Shown here piece by piece: positions 56,465 to 64,000 of a stretch of 64,000 bases of DNA. Source of the stretch: an uncultured delta proteobacterium. GTDB lineage: Bacteria > Desulfobacterota > Desulfobacteria > Desulfobacterales > B30-G6. The notes under the pieces were generated by a model, which ran no database searches, was not told the DNA's origin, and saw only the letters and a program-made list of their open reading frames with translations. The stretch is taken from assembly GCA_963744665.1 (NCBI GenBank), contig CAVUUM010000026.1:97270-161269 (forward strand), written 5' to 3'. The position numbers and the translations under genes are program-made. The first letter of the stretch is position 1, and each line of letters opens with the position of its first letter.

Positions 56465-57000
56465 TTATTTTTTAGCCTTTGGCAAACGAATAACCAGAAC
56501 CGGAATAGAAGATTGCTTGACTACTTTTTTTGCGGTACTGCCCTGCAAGAAGTTCCGTGATACCACCTTGGCCGTGGGTCCCCATGACGATGAGATCACA
56601 ATTCTGTTTTTTGGCTGTTTTAACGATGGTTTCAGCCGGAGGGCCATCTTCGATTAAAATTTCATCGGTGAGAAGGTTTTGATTATTGTCATTGGCTGCC
56701 ATTGCCTCGTCGGAAAATGCCTGAAGTGCATCCTTTATGACACCAAACTCCCGTCTCTTTCCGATCATATTTTTCCGGGCTTCTGATATGATGCTGTTCC
56801 TTAATTTCTTTCAGGGTCTTGGAACTGATCATGCTGGATATGAATTCTTCGCCAGAACTTTCAGAAACCACATGCAGCATGGTTATGCTGGCATTGTATA
56901 CCACGGCAAGACTTAGGGCATAGGAAAAAGCGTGAACAGCAGTTTCCGACAGGTCGGTTGCATAAAGAATCTTTTTTATCTGAATATTTGGTAAATTCAT
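56465..57000 (-). pseudogene. Universal stress protein (UspA family), at least two frameshifts
   Basis: Three overlapping minus-strand ORF pieces carry consecutive Usp segments: KKILYATDLSETA...; ...CDLIVMGTHGQGG...; ...GSTAKKVVKQSSIPVLVI. Confidence 0.7.
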
Positions 57001-57035
57001 TTTGCATCCTTGTTTATTGGTAATAATTCTTGATT

Positions 57036-58360
57036 TTAGTACCCAAAATAGATACCGGGCAGCCACAGGGAGATCTGGGGAAACAACATACAAACGACCA
57101 GACCCAGTACCATGACCAGTACAAAGGGCACAATGGAACGGTATATATCCGCCAGGGACACCTCCTTGGGCGCCATGGCTTTCATCAGAAACAGGTTATA
57201 GCCAAAAGGCGGCGTCATATAAGCAATCTGGCAGGTAATCGTATACAGAACACCGTACCAGATCGGGTTGTAACCCAGTTCGATAACCAGGGGCACATAC
57301 AGCGGTGCAACAATGATCAGCATGGCCGTGTCGTCCAGAAACATACCCATCAGGATGTAGGACAGCTGCATCATCACGAGTATCCCAAAGGGACTGAGAC
57401 CCCATTGGTCCAGAAACAGTCTTTTTATGGCATGCACGGCACCAAGACCGTCAAAAACGGCACCAAAGCAGAGTGCTGCCAGAATCACCCACATGAACAT
57501 GCAGCTGACGCTCAGGGTAAGCTTTAGTGTCTCTTCCAGCACCTGCCGGTTTAATCGTTTTTTGAGAAAAGCCACAAGGGTCGTTACCGCCGCACCGGCT
57601 GCAGAACACTCAACCAGACTGGTGATCCCCATCAGAAACAGGCCTGTCATGGAAAAAATAATGACCAGGGGAATGATCCCGGCCCTGAGCAGTCGAAATT
57701 TTTCTCCCCAGGTGATTTGCGCCAGCTCTTCTTTGGATAAGGCTGGACCCAGGTGCGGCTGAAGTCTGCATCGAATAGCGATGTAAGCAATAAACAAGAC
57801 CGCTAACAAGAGTCCGGGGAAAACACCGGCCAGCCACAGCTGGCCCACCGGTTGTCTGGCGATCATACCGTAAAGAACCAGGACCACGCTGGGGGGCACC
57901 ATGATCCCCAGGGAACTTCCCGCCTGGATGACGCCGGTAACCATGACCTTGTCATATTTTCGCTTTAGCATTTCAGGCATGGCAAGGCTGGCCCCGATGG
58001 CCATGCCGGCCACACTCAAGCCGTTCATGGCTGATACGGCAACCATGAGCCCCATGGTCCCGATGGCAAGCCCGCCGTGAATGGCCCCATCCAGACATGA
58101 AACATTCTGTAAAGATCGCTGGCTATTCCCGACTCGGAAAACATATATCCCATGTATATAAACAGCGGCAGCGTCAGGAGCGGATACCAGTTCAGCAGGG
58201 CAAAACTCGCGTTAAAGGGCATCTCCGCCGCACCCTCTCCCCATAGCATCAATGCAAAAACTGTTGCCACGCCACCAATGGCACCAAAAACACGCTGCCC
58301 GGTGAGAAGCATGAGCATCATCGAGAAAAAAATCAAAACGGCAATTATTTCATAACTCAT
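57036..58360 (-). pseudogene. dctM: TRAP transporter large permease (DctM), frameshifted
   Basis: ORFs 58025..58417 and 57036..58055 are consecutive DctM sequence in different frames. The junction HVWMG|AIHGGLAIGTMGLMV sits at a G-run near 58085. Confidence 0.75.
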
Positions 58361-58878
58361 GTTGTTTCTTCTCCCCCTTGCCGTATGCTTTTTCCAGGTC
58401 CTTGAAAAATGTCGCAATAGCCTGCAATAGCATCAGCACAATCCCTATTCCCATAATCAATTTTGATGGGGCCACACAGGGTGCCCATGCAGTATAATTT
58501 ACTTGCTGGTATATCGATGGCATATTCAGGCTGGAAAGGCCCCCCCAGAGGAGAAACACCAGATAGAACAAGCAGGAAAGGGCATGGTTATCGCATCCAT
58601 CACCGCTTGTTTTTTCTCTGACCATCGTCCATAGAGAAGATCCATTCTGACATGTCCTTTAAGAATCATGGAGTACCCCCCACCAAGCAGATAATAGGCA
58701 GCCATGGTGAACTGTGCGATCTCCACCGCCCATATATGGGGCTTGTCAAATAAGGTTCTGGCAATGGGTTCGTATAGCAGGACCCCGATCATAGCAAAGA
58801 CAAGATACATGGAGAACTTGCCGACAAATTTGTTCGTTGCATCGACACGCGTACGAAGACTTTAATTGCTTTAGGCAT
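58350..58878 (-). pseudogene. dctQ: TRAP transporter small permease (DctQ), frameshifted
   Basis: The ATG at 58878 is preceded by AAAGGGG. DctQ-like sequence is split over at least three frames (MPKAIKVFVR | VDATNKFVGKFSMYLVFAMIG... | ...LFYLVFLLWGG...). Confidence 0.65.
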
Positions 58879-59160
58879 CTTTGCCCCTTTCCTTTGGTAC
58901 CTTTACCCATAATTGAATCAAGCGATTTTTACACGATCTGTACCGAATCAATCGTGCAGAAGCGATTCACGAAACATCTTTAATCCACTGAATACGGATC
59001 GGGTATTTTCGTGGACCTTTTGACAAAATAACCCGGTTCATCTCTTGTAAAATATCGCTCAATGGGTTTTGTTCGGTCTTAAGGGGGCCTTCCCCGGCAA
59101 TCTAAAGTGGAGCCAGGAAAGGCCGCCGTTATGCTATAATAAACGTTTGGTACCCATTCA

Positions 59161-60209
59161 TTAATACCGGTAAGGAGGACCGGCATCTCTCATGGTTTGG
59201 GCATAATCTTTAAGTATCTTGACAACCTTGGCATTCTCTGCCGCTTTTTGCGGCTGTCTCGTCCCAAAATTTCATTGCGGCATCTTCCACCTGCTTCCAC
59301 TCTTCACGGGAATCGAAGTAAGCTTAAGTTTTCCGCCCTTGGTGCGGTAGTGTGCCTCTCCCCACCAATACCAGTGCTGCCGGTAATAGTTGCAACTGTC
59401 CATTTGCAGACGGAACAAGGTTTTCAGATGTTCTGGCAGGGCATTCCATGAATCGGAATTCGCAAAATACGAACCCGCCCATGCGCCGGATATGGGGTTG
59501 GTCAGATAATACTCGGTGACATCCGCCCAGCCCACTGTATAATCCTCTGTGATGCCGGACCAGGCAACACCGTCAAGTTCGCCCGTCTGAACGGCCATCT
59601 CGATGTCTTCCTAGGGAAGGGCCATGGGATAACACCGAACTGCTGCATGAATCTACCGCCGGTGGGAAAGCTGAACACTCTCAGACCCTTGAGGTCTGCG
59701 AGGCTTCTAATGGGCTTGGTGGTAGCGAAGTTACAGGGGTCCCAGGCGCCAGAACTCAGCCAGGTAACACCTTTTACCTCGGAGAACGCTTCCTCCCAGA
59801 TTTCGTTCAGCCCATACCAGTTCCACAGCGTTGGAACATCCAGCGAGTAACGTGAGGCAAAGGGAAAATAGGCGCCAAAGATGGAAACATCCACGGGCGC
59901 TGCAATGGAGTCGTCATCACTTTGGACGGCATCGATGGTACCCTTCTGCATGGCCCTGAAAAGTTCACCCGTTGGCACCAGCTGATCGGAGTTGTAGAGC
60001 TCGATCACCATCTCTCCATTAGCGGCTTTGTTAAACGCATCGATGGCCGGTTTACAGACATGCGCTGCCAAGGCCGGGCCGGCGTAAGTTTGCATTCGCC
60101 ATTTGATGGTGGTTTTCTTGGCAGCATGCACAAAGGGTGCATTGACTGCGGTAGCTGCTACCGCTGCTGCACCCACACCTGCTTTTTTGATAAATTCGCG
60201 TCTTTTCAT
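59161..60209 (-). pseudogene. dctP: TRAP transporter substrate-binding protein (DctP family, Tat signal), multiple frameshifts plus in-frame TAG
   Basis: A Tat motif (MKRREFIKKAG) opens the gene. Family sequence continues across frame changes near 59627, near 59290 and near 59240, ending ...ILKDYAQTMRDAGPPYRY*. There is an in-frame TAG at 59613..59611. Confidence 0.7.
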
Positions 60210-60941
60210 TCTACCTGCCTCCTTTCAGATTGGGGTATATTGGGTGTCAACATGATCGACCAAATACCGCTTAGGAAAAGTAATCCGGTCAATCGTATCA
60301 ACAAGCAATGGAGCCGCGGTGCTAAGTTCTTGAATCGTACCGATAGTTCTTTTAAATACCAAATCTTCTTGCATCACAATACTACAGCAAAGTGCACTCA
60401 CATTTGCGATCTGTTCCACCGCGCCACCACTGACACCCACAGCATCAATCAGCTCTCCGTCGCGCCATATGGGATACCCAGGAGAATACCATACGCCCCT
60501 AAATTATTTTGAAACATACGCTGGTCTTTGGTTTATGTAACCAAATTGCTCAAACGGTTGAAACACCGTGTGTTCCTTTTGGTGAATCTGGAGAGATCCG
60601 AGAACACAGACAGAAGGAACCATTTTTTTACATCACGGGGCAAGGTGTTGTCAAGTTTTTTGTTCGGTGACGCAAGTACAGTTCAACACGTCATGGTAGG
60701 CATTTCTGCAGGTAAACCCCGCCACTTTTGATTGAAAAATAACCGTGACCCAGCAGGCGGGATTTTTACTCCGCTCATTCTAATAAACACATCATTTTCA
60801 GTAAAAATGATATCGCAATGTACGCCCACTGTTTCCGTGTTCGATTTTCAAAAAGTAATTGACTCCTTCAAGGGCTCAATAAATTATAAATATTTTTAAA
60901 CATTGAGCAAATTAAAAAATAGCTGACCAGGGAGAATTAGC

Positions 60942-61895
60942 ATGCCGACAGCCAAAAGCCTCTTAGAGAGTGAATTCACCCAAGACATCTGTTATGAACT
61001 GCTGCCCGAATGGCAAGGACTCCATGTAAACATCTCCATACTGAGCGGTGGTATTACCAATAAACTCTATCGAATCCAATCTGAAAAAGGCGATTGTACG
61101 GTCCGGGTCTATGGGGATAAGACAGATCTTTTTATCGACCGCGAAAATGAAGCGCATACCATCCAGGAAATGGCAGAAATAGGGGTTGGCTCGCGCCTGG
61201 TTAAATTCATGCCCGAAAAAGGTGTCACCATCGTTGAATTCATCGATGACGCTATCGTGTTGACCAACGATCATTTTCTGGACATGTCTCTTCATTCAAA
61301 AATAGTCGATCCGGTTCGAAAAATTCACAATAGCGGCGTTAAGCTCAAACGGGTGTTCAATCCCTTACATGAAGTCATGAAAATGTCTGCCATTCTGCGG
61401 CAACTCAAAGTGGAATATCCGGAATTCGATATAGCAGGTACCATTCAAAGGCTCATCAAGCTGTCAAGTATTATCGATATCCCGGAATCTGAATATACAG
61501 CATGTCACAACGATCTGCTGGCCGACAACTTTATTCTCATTAAAGAAGAAGCAGCCCACAAGTATGATTCGTCCATGTACATCATCGACTGGGAGTATGG
61601 CGGCATGGCTCCCAAATATTATGACATTGCCGATATGTTTCAGGAAATTCTCGTGCCCCGTGATGTGGAAAAACATATTGTGAAAAAATATTGCAATGGA
61701 CGAAAGTTTGATCGGACCCTCTTTTATATAGATCTTTTCAAACCATTTCCGGATATTTACTGGTTTTTATGGAGTCTGATCCAATTGAATGTGTCGAAAA
61801 TTGAGTTTGATTACTACAACTACGGAAAAATCAAGTACGAGAACGCAATAAAGAATTTGACCTTTATTCTGGATAGATATGGTGTTCCTGTTTAG
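60942..61895 (+). CDS. Choline/ethanolamine-kinase-like phosphotransferase (APH fold)
   Basis: 317-aa ORF with HNDLLADNFIL and IDWEYGG. It ends in TAG. Confidence 0.75.
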   Translation: MPTAKSLLESEFTQDICYELLPEWQGLHVNISILSGGITNKLYRIQSEKGDCTVRVYGDKTDLFIDRENEAHTIQEMAEIGVGSRLVKFMPEKGVTIVEFIDDAIVLTNDHFLDMSLHSKIVDPVRKIHNSGVKLKRVFNPLHEVMKMSAILRQLKVEYPEFDIAGTIQRLIKLSSIIDIPESEYTACHNDLLADNFILIKEEAAHKYDSSMYIIDWEYGGMAPKYYDIADMFQEILVPRDVEKHIVKKYCNGRKFDRTLFYIDLFKPFPDIYWFLWSLIQLNVSKIEFDYYNYGKIKYENAIKNLTFILDRYGVPV

Positions 61896-61905
61896 CCTGA
61901 ACATT

Positions 61906-62345
61906 TCATGACAATTTAAAACGGATACGCAGAACACCCTCTTTAAAACTGGTAGTGGTAATTCTGAAATCACCTATCTCCCCTGTGGATGTCACATGGT
62001 CACCGATGCAAGGGCAGGCATCATAGGTGCCCATATGTACGATCCGAACACTGCCATCAACACCCTCTGGAAGCTTTTCGCGTATCATACAACCCTGTGC
62101 GCCTCTTCTTTCAAAACAAAGGTCTCTGAAACCGGCAGGTCAGATTCTATGACACGGTTAACACGGGACTGGATCACATCCACCTCATCCCCTGTCAATT
62201 CATGGTCGAAGTAATAATCACATTTAGACTTCTTTGTTTCAATATGGGCAGAGAAACAACGGCCACAGTCATACAGACGAACCATGGTCTGGTTCAAGAT
62301 GTGTTCCGCTGAGTGCATACGTGGGTCAGTTTGTTTTTTCATCAA
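61906..62345 (-). pseudogene. AlaX-type Ala-tRNA editing protein, split into two frames
   Basis: ORF 62085..62345 carries HSAEHIL. ORF 61906..62088 carries CPCIGDHV. Together they make about one AlaX-S length (86+60 aa), but the frames differ and overlap by ATGA. Confidence 0.5.
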
Positions 62346-62367
62346 GGATTTTCCAGATCTGTTTTTC

Positions 62368-62952
62368 TTATATCGAGCACGCTGCTGTTTGACCAGAGCT
62401 ATGCGGCCAGATCCGAACGGGTATTGTTACCGGGTTTGAATACCAGATCTGATCAAACAGGATCGAATCATATTTTTTTAAACAGTCACGAGCCATGGAT
62501 ACAGACTCGCTGTCCTTTTTGCGGCCCCGTACACAGCAGTCAATTTCCGGATACGCAGAGGTGCTGAATATCAATAACCAGTGTATTTCATGGTCTGATT
62601 GCATGTAAGGTTCTTCAAGCTCCCTCTGGATGCTGCGCTTTATGGATGTATTTAAACGAGCATTGTCAACCGCCAGGGGAATCTCTCCGTGCGCCTGTGT
62701 TATAAATTGATGATACCTGCCGGAATTGTACTCCGCCCTGGAAATGGGGAAAGCAAAATCTTCTTCTGCAATCTGGCTTACCTGCAACAGGATGTCACCA
62801 TCGTGGGTATGCAAAATAAAATCCCGATCATCTTCTGACAGTTTGCTCCAACCATTGATATCTTTACAGAGATTATGCTCTGAAAGGATAGATATAAAAT
62901 TTTCAACTACACGGGTTTTCTGCTGCTCCTTGTCAGATGATAATCCGTACAT
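62368..62952 (-). CDS. Hypothetical protein
   Basis: 194-aa ORF with no recognisable motifs. It lies next to a tRNA gene. Confidence 0.45.
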   Translation of the reverse strand: MYGLSSDKEQQKTRVVENFISILSEHNLCKDINGWSKLSEDDRDFILHTHDGDILLQVSQIAEEDFAFPISRAEYNSGRYHQFITQAHGEIPLAVDNARLNTSIKRSIQRELEEPYMQSDHEIHWLLIFSTSAYPEIDCCVRGRKKDSESVSMARDCLKKYDSILFDQIWYSNPVTIPVRIWPHSSGQTAACSI

Positions 62953-63325
62953 GTTTTCTGAACCTTCCCGATTTAAAAAATCTGATCTTTCATCACCTTG
63001 CTCAAAATGTTCTGATCGCTCCTCAAATACGTGAACAACACATATACTTGACTTGCAATGAAACGGGCTTTATGTTTCGCCTGTCCACGATAGCCTGTTT
63101 TCAGTGAATACCGCAACTCCTTTATACCAAAACTGGGCTGCAACTTTCTGGGAACATTCATTCTGAAATACTATGAATATGCGTTTCGTATAAGATAACT
63201 GGGGTTTCTGGGTGTGCTAGGCATGGTCGGCACCTATGGCACATCTTGTTAGCGATGGATTTGACCGATAGTGTCGAAGCTTACAGGAAAATTACTTGTT
63301 GTAAAACAGAAGGTTAAAAAAAAAG

Positions 63326-63412
63326 TGGTGCCGAAGGCGAGACTCGAACTCGCACGTGGAAACCCACACTAGACCCTGAACCTAGCGCGTCTACCAGTTC
63401 CGCCACTTCGGC
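63326..63412 (-). tRNA. tRNA-Leu (anticodon CAG), long variable arm, CCA encoded
   Basis: The reverse complement is GCCGAAGTGGCGGAACTGGTAGACGCGCTAGGTTCAGGGTCTAGTGTGGGTTTCCACGTGCGAGTTCGAGTCTCGCCTTCGGCACCA. The acceptor stem pairs GCCGAAG with CTTCGGC. The anticodon stem is CTAGG/TCTAG with loop TTCAGGG. The T arm is GCGAG-TTCGAGT-CTCGC. Confidence 0.9.
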
Positions 63413-63552
63413 ACGATGGGATTGGCGTTGATCAGTCCCTTTCATAATCTGTAACTGTATCGAACAAAAAGGGATTGATTCAATTCATAGGATGCTATAG
63501 GTATATCTTTTTATTTTTGATGTCAAGGCATTAATTCCTGTTGGGAAAATGA

Positions 63553-64000
63553 ATGAAACTTATTGAAAATATTGAAGAAATTGTAAACCCCTTCCATAAT
63601 GCAGTCATAACCATCGGCAATTTTGACGGGGTTCATATCGGGCACCAGGCACTTTTTCATACGGTTATGGAGGAGGCTGACATGAGAAAAGGTACGGCCA
63701 TTGCCATGACCTTTGAACCTCACCCGATTCGCGTCCTTAAAAACAACGGGCATCCCCCACTCATCACCCCTTACCCTCAGAAAATCGAACTGATCGCAAA
63801 GTCGGGAATCGACGTTCTCATCTGTGTTCCTTTTACCCGAGAATTTGCAGCCATTACAGCCAAAGAATTCGTTCTGGATGTATTGCTTGGCCGCATGGGT
63901 ATTCAGGCCATTGTCGTGGGAAAAGACTATACCTTCGGGAAAAACCGGGAAGGAAATCTCAATCTGTTAAAATCGTATGCGGAAGCTTTTGACTTTGAAG
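63553..64000 (+). CDS. ribF: Bifunctional riboflavin kinase / FAD synthetase, N-terminal part (runs off window)
   Basis: From the ATG at 63553: MKLIENIEEIVNPFHNAVITIGNFDGVHIGHQALF...MTFEPHP...FTREFA. It stays open to position 64000. Confidence 0.8.
   Translation, partial: MKLIENIEEIVNPFHNAVITIGNFDGVHIGHQALFHTVMEEADMRKGTAIAMTFEPHPIRVLKNNGHPPLITPYPQKIELIAKSGIDVLICVPFTREFAAITAKEFVLDVLLGRMGIQAIVVGKDYTFGKNREGNLNLLKSYAEAFDFE

Noticed and set aside
59611-59613. The in-frame TAG in the dctP-like gene as a possible third pyrrolysine site
   Set aside because: The same gene also needs at least three frameshifts to be read, and its neighbours are all broken. Decay is the simpler explanation. No Pyl-containing TRAP binding protein is known to me.
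62085-62088. The ATGA overlap between the two AlaX-like ORFs as ordinary translational coupling of two genes
   Set aside because: The two pieces together equal one AlaX-S domain, with HxxxH in one and CxxxH in the other, so a split single gene is more likely. This remains uncertain, hence the moderate confidence.

Overview
This window looks like a chromosomal segment from a sulfate-reducer-like deltaproteobacterium (Desulfobacterales-like). That taxonomic call is inferred only from gene content and repeat style.

Gene content, left to right:
- 1-12.2 kb: a surface or sulfated polysaccharide locus. It contains a GT2-alcohol dehydrogenase fusion, a KdsB-like cytidylyltransferase, two sulfotransferases and three families of internal paralogs.
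- 14.3-27.8 kb: a methylamine and pyrrolysine island. It holds dimethylamine methyltransferase mtbB and trimethylamine methyltransferase mttB, each with one in-frame UAG. It also holds a corrinoid protein, an MtrH-type methyl-THF methyltransferase, tRNA-Pyl (CUA) and pylSc-pylC-pylD-pylSn. No pylB is visible anywhere in the window.
- 27.9-29.8 kb: an IS200/RAYT-like Y1 transposase bracketed by perfect 13-bp inverted repeats, followed by a SLOG-type protein.
- 30.4-49.5 kb: a Liv-type ABC transporter, an acyl-CoA ligase, and beta-oxidation and CoA-transferase genes.
- Two thiol-oxidoreductase-like genes (OsmC-like, DsbA/FrnE-like) have an in-frame UGA exactly at the redox Cys position. These are candidate selenoproteins.
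- 54.3-60.5 kb: a block in which essentially every gene is broken by frameshifts or stops (aldehyde:ferredoxin oxidoreductase, MoaD-like, UspA, TRAP dctPQM).
- Window end: tRNA-Leu(CAG) and a partial ribF.

Other window-wide points:
- Intergenic regions carry several families of REP/MITE-like repeats.
- The most interesting signal is two recoding systems (UAG->Pyl, UGA->Sec) in one window. The pyl cassette appears to lack pylB, both Pyl genes also terminate in UAG, and UAG is a frequent ordinary stop codon here.
- All homology calls come from motif recognition by eye. No database search was run.
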